From positions 13,146,001-13,206,000 of the forward strand of contig CM075991.1 in the NCBI GenBank assembly GCA_038087875.1: a stretch of DNA of 60,000 bases, in the 5' to 3' direction. Position 1 is the stretch's first letter. Each line of letters begins with the position of its first letter. This document shows positions 1 through 10,882 of this stretch, one piece after another. Below the pieces are notes generated by a model. That model was not told the origin of the DNA and made no database searches. It was given only the letters and a program-made list of their open reading frames with translations. A program made the translations under genes and the position numbers. Source of the DNA: Malacoraja senta (lineage: Eukaryota).

Positions 1-1289
1 ACGAAGGATAAAGTGTACAACATTTAGTACAAGATATAACATTGAAGTCTGATAAAGTCCAATTAAAGATCATTCAAAGGTCACCAATGAGGTAGATGGG
101 AGGTCAGGACCACGAACTTGGGCAGAGCTCATTGATGCAAGTACAAAAAAACCTCACCAACATCACAACTCGCTCTTCGTACAGGTGAGCGGTGAAGAGC
201 ATAATAACTGGTTCCATCATGGCCGAGTTTGGAAATTCAAATGCCCCAGAATTAAGGAGGCTGGAGAAAGTGGTGGACGTTACCCGGTCCATCATGCGAA
301 ATGACCTCCCCGTCTTTGAAGAAAACTACCAGAATCCCAGCCACTAGAAGGCAGCTAATATCACGAAAGACCTAGCCATACTGTCACCACGCTGCTGCTG
401 TTACCATCGGGAAGAAAGTTGTCCTCGGGTTCAAGAACAGCTTCTTCCCGTCAGACTCTTGAACTGCACAACCTTAACCATAACTCTACCTCAGCACCAA
501 AATATCATGGGCTGTATATGTAGGAAGGAACTGCAAATGCTGGTCTACGCCAAAGATAGATACAAAATGCTGTAGTAACTCAGCGGGTCAGGCAGCATCT
601 CTGGAGAAAAAGAATAGGTGATGTTTCGGGTGGAACCGTTCTTCATACTGAGAGTCAGGGGAAAGGGAAACTGGCTGTATGAAAAGGTTCTGCAGGAGGA
701 ATCACAGAGGAGGAGCAATGAGAGAGGGTGTTGCAGAACTCCTGACGGAGAGAGAACGTCTTCAAAGTAGGCATACCTCAAGGAGATTTTCCAGTGGTGC
801 AGACAAAGTGTGTAGGAATGAACTGCAATGCTGGTGTAAGACTGTTTCTCTGCGTACTTAATCATGGTCTGGTTTACCCAGTAATCTGATATTTTATTTG
901 TTGTGTGGTTGAGTTTAATGTTCCTGTGAAGCTGCAGCAAATAAGAATTTCATTATTGTGGTCCCAGTACATATGACAATTAACCACTCTTGACGTTACA
1001 ACCCTTCAAGGAGGCTTTGAGTACATCGTTGAATCTTATCTCTGTCGACCTGGTAATTCCTTCCCCGCGATAGAGCATGGAACGGAGTCACGGAGATTGT
1101 AGATGCTGGAAATTTGAGCAAAACACTAAATGCTGGAGGAACTCAGCAAGTCAGGCAGCATCTGTGGAGGGAATTACACGGTCTGGATCCGACCCGAAAC
1201 GTCGTCTGTTCATTCCTTCACCGAATGCTGTATCATGGCCCGCGTGCAAGAGAGTGTCTGTCCTACCTCCTGGGCTGAGGTATTCCATG

Positions 1290-1518
1290 CCACACACGCT
1301 GAGACGGGCTGAACTGTTCCATGCCAGTGATGCCACACACGCTGAGACGGGTTGAGGTGAGGTGGTCCACGTTAGCCGGGCCGGGTTGAGGTGATGTGGT
1401 CCACGTTAGACACGCCGGGTTGAGGTGAGGTGGTCCACGTTAGCCGGGCCGGGGTGATGTGGTCCACGTTAGACACGCCGGGTTGAGGTGAGGTGGTCCA
1501 CGTCAGACACGCCGGGCC
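1290..1518. repeat. Minisatellite upstream of the CKAP2L promoter (variable units around GAGGTGAGGTGGTCCACGTTAG)
   Basis: GGTCCACGT occurs five times with alternating spacers (CCGGGCCGGG / ACACGCCGGG), preceded by a duplicated ATGCCACACACGCTGAGACGGG. Confidence 0.85.
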
Positions 1519-1519
1519 G

Positions 1520-1800
1520 TCTCTTCCTTGCTCTAGCATCTTTGGTCCCTTCACTGGCGCCGCCGATCCCGGGCTCCGCCGCCAGGGGGGCGTGGCCAGC
1601 GCCATCGTCATCGCGGCTGCCATTGGCGGATTTTGAATCGCGTCGTGTTGGCGCCGCGGGCGCGAGGGGCGCGAGCGGCGGTTTGAACGCGGCGGCGGTT
1701 GGGAGGCGGCGGCGGCGATGATGATGGAGGCGAGAGCGCGGAGCGGCCGCGTTCGGATGGCGGAGTCAGGTGAGGCCGGGCCTGGGGGGGGGAGACAGCC
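1520..1800 (+). promoter_or_regulatory. CpG-island promoter of CKAP2L with inverted CCAAT box and two CHR (TTTGAA) elements
   Basis: GC/CpG-rich; ATTGG 1622-1626, TTTGAA 1632-1637 and 1682-1687, each with a GC-rich GGCGG just upstream; TATA-less, typical G2/M (DREAM/MMB) promoter layout. Confidence 0.75.
1718..1769 (+). CDS. CKAP2L: CKAP2L coding exon 1 (MMMEARARSGRVRMAES)
   Basis: ATG in CpG island, donor CAG|GTGAGG at 1770, phase 1 joins exon 2 in frame; which ATG is used is uncertain. Confidence 0.75.
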
Positions 1801-1832
1801 GGCAGGCAGGTAGCGGGATCACAGCGCCCCTT

Positions 1833-2275
1833 CTGTCCTGGGCCTCCTCCATTGGCAGAGTGAGGCTCAGCGCAAATTTCAGGAACAGCAGCTCATATTT
1901 CGCTTGGACAGCTTACACCCCAGGACATTGACTCCTCCAACTACAAGTACCCCTTGCTTTATCTCTATCTCCATCCCTCCCTATTTCTCCCACCAGTCTG
2001 ACTGCCCCCCCTGATTTAATGTTATCTCTGTATGCTTCGTTGTCAACTTCTCCGAGCTAACAATTATCTATCCAATATTTTCCTTGAGCAGCATCCCCTT
2101 AGATGTCTCGTTTTCACACCTTACACTTCCTTATCTCTGTGTCTCTCCCCCCCCCCCCCTCCTCTCCTCACTCTCAGTCTGAAGAAGGGTCTCACCTGAA
2201 ACGTCACCCATTCCTGTTCTCCAGAGGTACTGCCTGTCCCGCTGAGTTACTCCAGCATTTTATGTTGTATCTTTG
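1833..2275 (+). mobile_element. Penelope-like element 3' remnant (GIY-YIG C-terminus plus terminal repeat with hammerhead core)
   Basis: Degenerate GLLHWQSEAQRKFQEQQLIFRLDSLHP motif followed by CTGAAGA...GAAACGTC and the recurrent GCTGCCTGTCCCGCTGAGTTACTCCAGCA-type tail. Confidence 0.65.
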
Positions 2276-2616
2276 CCCGTTCTCTACAGCTTGCCTGACT
2301 AAGCCTGGTTCCAGGCCCCCATGATCAAGGTGGGTAGGTGGGGGGGGGGTGTATGGACAACAGCTGTTTGGTGGTGACGTCCACGCTTTTGATGCTTGAT
2401 CTACCTGGGGCATTAGGTGAGATGAGTTATTGGCACTAGTACAAAAACACAATGCTGGAAGTGCCCAGACATAGAGTCACCTGGCAGGGTATTGGTTTGG
2501 TTTATTACTGTCACGTACACAGTGATACAATGAAAAAACATTGGTTTACAAGCTATCCAGTCAAATCATACCATTCATGAGTGTAATCGAGCCATGCACA
2601 AGTAAACAGCTACTTC

Positions 2617-2830
2617 ACGGTGGCGCAGCGGTAGAGTTGCTGCCTTACAGCGAATGCAGTGCCAGAGACCCGGGTTCGATCCCGATTACGGGTGCTGTCT
2701 GTACGGAGTTTGTACGTTCTCCCCGTGACCCACGTGGGTTTTCTCTGAGATCTTCGATTTCCTCCCACATTCCAAAGACACAGAGGTTTGTAGGTTATTT
2801 GGCTTGATAAATATAAAAATTGTCCAGTAT
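2617..2830 (+). mobile_element. tRNA-derived V-SINE (HE1-like); further copies near 19745-19838 (-), 20170-20400 (+), 57540-57750 (-)
   Basis: Pol III A box (TGGCGCAGCGG) and B box (GGTTCGATCCC), V-domain GGAGTTTGTACGTTCTCCCCGTG...CCTCCCACATTCCAAAGAC. Confidence 0.8.
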
Positions 2831-4224
2831 AAAATTGTCCAACTTCCTGCATAGTCCCTGGTGGACTCTTTGGAAGTAATGACCACAAGGTACTACTTTC
2901 GCAACAAGTGCTCACTGAAAATTTACTAGCAATCGACACAAGGGCAATGATACACTTTTAAACAATGTAACATATAGCCTTCAGTAATTTTAGCTCGCAG
3001 TTACAAAAATAAATTATACTAAAAACACATTTATTTTTGAAAATTCTGTGGTGAAATATAACTTTGGTATTGACAGTCTAGAACATTTTGGCTCTGAAAG
3101 CCCATTGACACGTTGTTTTTATTATTCAATTTTACATAGCGTAAGGTTGCTTAAGAATACTGCTATCCTGTTTTTGAAGAATGGCCTGTGCTGAGAGGAT
3201 TCCCTGAAGGTGGCAGCACAGGGATGGTGAACCTCTGCCTAACCTGTAAGGACTGTCAGCTTTGTAGCAGGCTTGATCTAAAGCAATGACGAGATACAGT
3301 GCAGGAAGGTGATGGAGAACTTAGTAGCATGGTGTCAAGACAACAACGCCTCCGTCAAAGTTAGCAAAATAATAAAGTAGGTTATTGCCTTCAGGAGTTA
3401 CACAATCTAGTTGGCAGATGCATCAGTGGTGCTGAAATGCAGATGAAGGAGAGAATAAAATTCCTAGGTTTAAATAGCACCCACAATTTGTCCTGATCCT
3501 ACCATATTAATGCTACAGCCACGAAAGTATACCAATACCTTTACTTCAGAAGACTACGGAAATTTGGTATGTTTCCAATGACTCTATAACCAATTTCTAC
3601 AGATGCCCCATAAAAAAAGCATCCTGTTATGACATGCAACTGCTCTGCTCATGACTGCAAGAAATTGCAATGAGTACACGTGACAATAAACTACATTAAA
3701 ACGGATTTTTAATACCTCCTAACTTCTGACAATCAGCTTTTTTATTGAACCAATGTTGTTGGCGTTGATATCTATTGTGACCACTGGCAGTTCTCGACCC
3801 AAAACGTCACCCATTCCATCTCTCCATAGATGCTGCCTCACCCGCTGAGTTACTCCAGCTTTTTGTGTCTACCTTTAACCTCACCAGAATATACTGGAGA
3901 TGACATCCTTTACCCTAGCACCAATGTACCACCCTGGAGTTATGTTTGCAGCTGCAGTAACTGCTTTTGTCCAATGACAAGAGGAACATTGTGATAGTGC
4001 TGGTAGGCTTGATCCCAAACAAATTACAGGCAACACATTGTACCTGCCTTTTTATTATGAGATATATCTATTGCCTAGTTTATAATTTCATTAGTTGTGT
4101 GTTTCTGACTCGTAGTAGTTGCAATATGGTCAGCCCTATATCCTGTTGCAATTTAGTGTATCCTCAGGTTTGGTTGAATGAATACAAATTTAATCTATAG
4201 CAATTTTTTTAATCTCCAAAACAG

Positions 4225-4297
4225 AACTTCGAAGGCAACAACTTGAAGCTTATCTCCAGAGAAAAGGGAAATTGAAGGTTCCAGGTCTGACTAACAG
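4225..4297 (+). CDS. CKAP2L: CKAP2L coding exon 2 (ELRRQQLEAYLQRKGKLKVPGLTN)
   Basis: ACAG| acceptor, |GTTTGT donor, phases 1/2; resembles the CKAP2L N-terminal EERQRKLQEYLAAKGKLK motif. Confidence 0.85.
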
Positions 4298-4439
4298 GTT
4301 TGTCCTTATTAGTTAGCAAAGCTCTCGCTGCAATTTCAACATAAAATTTATGAATTATGTAACCCCATTCCTTTGAGTCATAGAAGTTATGATATATGTA
4401 ATGTGCCTTTAATGACTTAATAGACTTAAGTGCAATACG

Positions 4440-5110
4440 AATTATACATAAAACCACCTACAGACAATCAACAAAACCATTATTTATCCGACTAAAAACA
4501 TTAAAATTTCAAGATCTGACAGATTATAAAACTATCCAAATTATGTTCAAAGCAGCTAATCAGCAATTGCCTTGTAATATCCAGGGGTTGTTCCAACGGA
4601 GAGAAAACAAACACAACCTGAGAGGAACCTATATATTCGAAAAACCGGCAATAAGAACTAATGCAAAACTCCATTGTGTTACAGCAAAGGGTGTTAGTCT
4701 CTGGAATAACTGCCATGATGAGCTGAAAAAATGTAAGACTCTATTCAAACTAAAAACACTCTTCAGAAACAAAAGATTGAATGGTTATGAGCTGGACCAT
4801 TGATTTTCTTTTTCTGTTTGGTTATTTCTTGTTTGTGGACTGTTCAACAGATTTTGGGTCCATTTGTTCCCATTATTTTGTTTTTCCATGAAAATGTATA
4901 GAAAATAAGAGGGGGTAGGACCAGAAAAGTTTTCAAACTTCTTCTTACCCCTTTTGAACATGAACGATATTATTTGTATTATTTGAGTTACTTATTTGCT
5001 TGTTTTTCCTTTGTGTTTTCTTTTCTGTTTTATTGCTTATAAATTTATTGTGTTTGTGTTTTTTAACATGTTCAATAAAAAAATGTTTTTAAATTAAGAA
5101 TAATTTAAAA
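4440..5110 (+). mobile_element. LINE 3' fragment (L2/Crack-like ORF2 C-terminus, 3' UTR, A-rich tail)
   Basis: ORF 4543-4803 with HNLRG...GVSLWNN C-terminal LINE motifs, T-rich UTR, AATAAAAAAA end. Confidence 0.6.
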
Positions 5111-5539
5111 AAATAGTCCACACATGCATAGGGGTTCCAGGCATGCGTAGTAATTTTACTGACTGGAAAAGCTTGTCCTTGAACATGGTGGCAGCGGTGG
5201 TGCCTTAAAGAATCATTTTTTCTGCCACAATCAGGCTCCCGGCTGGAACAGTTAGCTGCTAAGGACTAGTGAAACTGTCAAGCCCGTAGGATTGGTGAGT
5301 GAGCAGCATTTAAGGCACGGAAAATATTAAAACTGCCGGAAAACGACATGGCTACCCGAAGGGTGGGGCAGACGGCCGCTCGGCAACAAGCTGAGTCGAG
5401 TGTGGATGAGGAGACGGGCCTATGCAGACGGCCATCGGTAGCACTCCACAGCACGCTGCTGGTCCACCTCCCGTGAGCGATATACGTCAACCGCAGGGTG
5501 ATTGAAGGTTGGAAAACATGGCGTTGCATGTGGGCAAGC

Positions 5540-5840
5540 TACAGCGATCTCCGGGTGTGCATCGATCCACGGCCGCTAAACAAAGCGCTGAAACGAGAAC
5601 ACTATCCGCTCCCAGTTATTGAGGACATCTTGCCAGATCACGACCAAGCGAAGATCTTCAGTAAGCTAGACATGAGCTCGGCTTTCTGGCAGGTGAAACG
5701 TGACGACGAATCGTGCAATCTGACGACGTTCAACACGTCTTTCAGGCGTTACCGGTGGCGCCGATTGCCATTCGGTTTAAGTGTATCGTCTGAAATCTTG
5801 CGGCGAAGATTACATCAAGCGCTTGAAGGGCTACCATTTG
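5540..5840 (+). mobile_element. Ty3/Gypsy LTR-retrotransposon reverse transcriptase fragment
   Basis: LRVCIDPRPLNKALKREHYPLP...FSKLDMSSAFWQV...TTFNT...RLPFGL. Confidence 0.85.
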
Positions 5841-5844
5841 GATA

Positions 5845-6112
5845 GCAGTAACAGGATCGGTCCGAGTCAGCATGGATTTACGAAGGTGAAATCATGCTGA
5901 CTAATCTGGAATTTTTTGAAGATGTAACTAGGAAAACGGACAAGGGAGAGCCAGTGGATGTAGTGTACCTGGACTTTCAGAAAGCATTTGATAAGGTCCC
6001 ACATAGGAGATTAGTGGGCAAAATGAGGGCACATGGTATTGGGGGTAGAGTGCTGACATGGATAGAAAATTGGTTGGCAGACAGGAAACAGAGTGGGGAT
6101 TAACGGGTCCCT
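5845..6112 (+). mobile_element. CR1 LINE RT fragment
   Basis: QHGF...LTNLEFFEDVT...VDVVYLDFQKAFDKVPHRRL...WIENWL. Confidence 0.85.
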
Positions 6113-6795
6113 TTCAAGAGCTTCAAATTCCTGGGCGTGCACATCTCTGAAGATCTCTCCTGGTCTGAGAACACTGATGCAATTATAAAGAAAGCACATC
6201 AGCGCCTCTACTTCCTGAGAAGATTACGGCGAGTCGGTTTGTCAAGGAGGACTCTCTCTAACTTCTACAGGTGCACAGTAGAGAGCATGCTGACCGGTTG
6301 CATCGTGGCTTGGTTCGGCAACTTGAGTGTCCAAGAGCGGAAAAGACTACAAAAAGTAGTAAACACTGCCCAGTCCATCATGGCTCTGACCTCCCTACCA
6401 TCGAGGGGATCTATCGCAGTCGCTGCCTCAAAAAGGCTGGCAGCATCATCAAGGACCCACACCATCCTGGCCACACACTCATCTCCCCGCTACCTTCAGG
6501 TCGAGGTACAGGAGCCTGAAGACTGCAACGTCCAGGTTCAGAAACACCTACTTCCCCACAGCCATCAGGCTATTAAACTCAACTCAAACAAAACTCTAAA
6601 CATTAATAGCCCATTATCTGTTTATTTGCACTTTATCTGTTTTATTTATACATGTGTGTATATATTTATATAATGGTATATGGACACACTGATCTGTTCT
6701 GTATTCATGCCTTCTATATTCTGTTGTGCTGAAGCAAAGCAAGAATTTCATTGTCCTATCTGGGACACATGACAATAAACTCTCTTGAATCTTGA
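6113..6795 (+). mobile_element. Rex1/Babar-like LINE 3' fragment
   Basis: FKFLGVHISEDLSWS...KKAHQRLYFLRRL...FYRCTVESMLTGCI, homologous to the 3' end of the element at 21982-24312; ends TGACAATAAAC plus (TCTTGAA)n. Confidence 0.75.
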
Positions 6796-7519
6796 AAGTA
6801 TGAAAGTTAGTGCAGTGAAACTGATAATCCATCATCCTTGGCATTTCTGATGCCAAAATAGCGATTTTTCTGAAATGCATAATGTTAATCATTTAAATAT
6901 CCAGACATGGTTTTATTTCATGTTTTTTACATGTTGCATTGTAGTATAATGAATTTTCTGGTGAATCCAGTGAGTTTAAAGGGAGTCGGAAATATGTAAG
7001 CACTGCACTCGGGCTCCCGATACAGGCCTACTGATTCATAAGCCCTGCTGTGCTACCCTCTGAATCAGGATCTAGGTGCACACCTAGCTCACGATCCAGA
7101 CCCAGTCACATTCCATACTGATGAGTGAGACAGATAGTAAGTAGGCTGTTATATTTTCTGAACAATTGGATGAACAATTTTCAGGTTATTGGAATTTTAC
7201 TGTGTTAGTAAATAAAAGTTGCTAGTGAAGCCTGAAAACTGATCCCAAGGACATTTGAGCTACGCAGAGCATTTTGGAGTCGGTGATCACTATGGTTATT
7301 GCATTTCAAAATTCTACAGAGTTAGGGGTCAATTTCAGCACAGTCAGTCATTTAACACTCAGATAAGGGATCTCATCAATCGAAAGGAATTCTCTACCCC
7401 TGATGGCTGTGGAGGTTATCATAGATTGTGTTCAAAATAGAAGATAGATATATGGATGTAAGGCACAAAGGGATATGGGAATAGGGCAGGAAAATTATGT
7501 TAAGGTAGAAGATCGGGCA

Positions 7520-7780
7520 GTGTAAGAATAAGGAGTAGGTCATTTAGGACTTCACCCAGAGAGATGTGAATCTGGAATTCTCTGCCATAGAAGGCAGTGG
7601 AGGACAATTCACTGGATGTTTTCAAGAGAGTTGGATATAGCTCTGGGATAATGAAATCAAGGGATATGAGGAGAAAGCAGGTATGGGGTCCTGATTCTGG
7701 ATGATCAGCCATGATCATATTGAATAGCGATGCTGGCTCGATGGGTTGAATGGCCTGCTCCCGCACCTATTTCCTATGCT
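7520..7780 (+). mobile_element. CR1 LINE 3' end
   Basis: Homologous to the CR1 3' ends at 41955-42378 and 14050-14630 (GATCAGCCATGATCATATTGAAT...GAATGGCCT). Confidence 0.7.
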
Positions 7781-8249
7781 TATATTCAAAATTAATGTAG
7801 GATACCAATGTCTGCAGTATTATCCTTTAATAATAATATTAGATCTGAAGGACATTATTAACTTTAGTGGAGAGCCTGGACAGATGTAAAATGTTTCAGC
7901 CCTTTGGTTTAATGGTAAGAAAGTGCCTATTTACTATGTTTGCATTTTAGCTTCATTTAAAAAAAACAATTAAATAAGCAGACACTTAGAAAATGCAAGT
8001 TTGAGATTTTTTTAAACATACAGTTTGAAGGTCTATTACAACCTCCTCTGCAAGTCCTTTAACATACAGATTGCATCTTCAGGCATAATCTGTAATCCAC
8101 CATGTTGATTGACATACCTGTACCATATAAAAGTGACGTTTCTGAATTGAATAGGTTTATTCATTCATTGTCCATTTTAACTGTTTGTCTGAGTAAATAG
8201 TTCCTAACTTTTTAGTTTGTAGTTTTCACCTAAAAATGTATCTTTTCAG

Positions 8250-8316
8250 GTATTATTTAGGGGACAAAAACAATCGGAAAATACAACAAAGAACTGCTCC
8301 ATTCATAGTTGGGTTG
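8250..8316 (+). CDS. CKAP2L: CKAP2L coding exon 3 (RYYLGDKNNRKIQQRTAPFIVGL)
   Basis: TCTTTTCAG| acceptor, |GTAAGT donor, phases 2/0 consistent with neighbours. Confidence 0.8.
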
Positions 8317-9461
8317 GTAAGTAGGAACCTATGATCCCTTTTCAAACTAAGTCGATTCAAGTTATTTTTATTAAATTGCATAAGTTTGTAATGCACTACT
8401 GCATTTGGTAAATCAACTTGATTGATCTTAACCCAGAGATTTTAGTGGCAGTTTATCTATTCATAATTACCATCTTTTGCAGATTGAACAACTGCTTATT
8501 TATTGAGAACAATAACAGAAATTGATGGAAATATTGGGATAACATCTGTTGATATGGAAGCAATTGGCATTTCCAGTCAAAGTTCTTTCATTAGAACATC
8601 TGCAGCGCCCAGAAATTAATATATTACCGCAGTATTCTTGCAGTCTTTTTTATTATTAAACTATTCCATTTGTGCTAAAAGACATGGAGATATAATAGAT
8701 TAATCTTAATAGTTTGTGACATTTATGGGATGAGCATTGAACATGTTTTGTCATCTTTTCATGTTTTGAGTTCTGTATTGAATGAGAACTGGGAACTATT
8801 GTGTTCAAATCCCTGGTGGCTACATTTAATATCACAAAACGTTGTTTAATAGTTGACCTCTTCTCTGCTCCTTAATTTTTTTTTAAAGTGAGGGGTGAGG
8901 AAAAACATAGCTGGGAAGCAAGTAGTAATTCTAAACTTTACAATAAAGAATGATAGAATGTGATTCTTTTAATTGTGTTAATTCTTTTAATTAGCTTCAG
9001 AGGAGAAAATGAACTCGGGAGACGGTAATTAAATCATTTGAAAAGGTGATTTCCAGGTTGGGAATATGAAATGGAGTAAATTCAACGGCATAGTTTTATA
9101 AAAAGCTTTAGTTTAGTAAGTACAATATTAGTTAGTGAGCTGGATTAGTATGGTACATCAGCATACAGTGGAGTTTGCAGGAATTGAGGTTGGAGTAAGG
9201 AAAGCCAAGAAGAGAAATAGCATGAATTTAATCGGCAGAGATAGGCTTGACAGCAAAAAGGTTTACAGTTGTGAATTGATGCTCAATAAATAGATATTGT
9301 CATGGATAGATAAAGTGGGGGAGGGGGAAGTGATCAGGAAAATAAAACATCTGACATTTTCCAGTTTTATAATATTGGAAAATATTTAGAAAATGAAAAT
9401 GTTAAAAAACGACCTTGGTTTATTCATTACTTCAGACAATGTTGCGTGAACTTTGTTTCAG

Positions 9462-10882
9462 GGAAACGCCCAGAAGCATGATGCTCATACAAAACAATCT
9501 GAACTCAAAAGCACGAACAACCCAACACGTACTAATCATGTCAAATCAATGGCTGCTAGGAATCAAGTTCAACACTGCTCGAGAACCGCTGAAAAAAATC
9601 CCGCCCTCACTCAAACAGTTTCTATGTTTCCCCAAGTTACGACTGCATTATTCCCAATGGAGTCAAATGCAGAAAAGGAAATTATTGTTGATGAATCAGC
9701 TCAAGAAAGACAATGTTTAGGAAACTTAAAACCTGAAAATTCAACACATTATGAATATATTCATAAATCAAGCAATCAAGAAAAGGAAAATAAATGTACA
9801 GTAGGTACAGCACAAACTGCTGGACAATCTACCAGTACAGTTTTAATTGATCAGTTTACACAACAGGTGAATAATACTCAAATCAGCAGATTAAAGGGGA
9901 CTGCTTCAGATAATCACTCGTGGGCCGTTGGTATCGACAATATAGCCAGGGTGGTCCCTGCTGTGTCCAGGCCATTGGGCAAGTCTGGAATGGCCCCCAC
10001 TCAGGCCAGGCCGGTGGGCAGGTCCAGAGCGGCGCCCACTCAGGCCAGGCCAGCGAGCAGCTCCAGAGTGGCCCCCGCTCAGGCCAGGCCGGTGGGCAGG
10101 TCCAGAGCGGCCCCCGCTCAGGCCAGGCCAGTGAGCAGCTCCAAAGTGGTCCCCGCTCAGGCCAGGCTAGTGGGCAGGTCCAGGGCGCCCCCTGCTGCAG
10201 CCAGGCCAGTGGGCAAGTGTGGAGCGGCCCCCGCTCAGGTTAGGCCAGTGGGCAGGTCTGGAGAGGCCCCCGCTCAGGACAGGTCACGGGTGCCCTCCGC
10301 TACGGCCAAGCCAGTGGGCAGGTCCAGGGCGGCCCGTGCGGTGGCACGGTCTGGCGCAGTTCCCAGTACACCGAAAGTCATGGTTAGAGCTAGACCATCG
10401 CCCCGTGCAGCCAAGCTTGTGAGCAGGCTTGGGGCAGCTCCATGTGCAGCCAAGTCTAGGAGAGCCCCTCATGCAGCCAAGCAGGTGAGCAGCTCCAGAG
10501 CATTCACCCGTGCAGCCAAATCTGCAGGTGGAATGACTGTTCCAAATGAGCATTCAAAAGCAGAGGTAGTAAAGAGCTGTGGGAAATTGAGCAAAACAGG
10601 ACAACAATGTGAAAGTGAAAAATCGAGGAAATCGCCATGTATTGCAAGCAGACCGAATGGATCCAATTCTATTTCAAGTAGACCACTGACAACATGGAAA
10701 CCGTTTACACGATCTGCTCAAAGATTGCATCCAACTTTGGTGTCTCCTACACAAAATATAAAGAGCAATAAAGATGCAGTACAAAACATAAGCAAATTGG
10801 CAGCATCAGTAATGAGCACAGCTAAGCAGAGAGATGATCAAAGTTCCATCACCAAGACATTGAAAGGAAAAGATGAAAGAAG
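9462..10882 (+). CDS. CKAP2L: CKAP2L large exon 4 (disordered basic region, KEN motif 9783-9791, 13-aa repeats)
   Basis: 1421-nt open frame, CTTTGTTTCAG| acceptor, AG|GTAAAT donor; DERR joins exon 5 KQLEEW. Confidence 0.85.
9950..10520 (+). repeat. 39-bp coding minisatellite (APAQARPVGRSRA-type units)
   Basis: Repeated GCCCCCGCTCAGGCCAGGCCRGTGRGCAGSTCCAGAG units that decay towards the 3' end. Confidence 0.9.

Noticed and set aside
2617..2690. tRNA gene
   Set aside because: The A/B boxes belong to a SINE head that continues into a V-domain; no full cloverleaf
8995..9024. Possible extra CKAP2L micro-exon (AG...GTAATT)
   Set aside because: In-frame TGA in the required phase; exon 3 joins exon 4 cleanly without it
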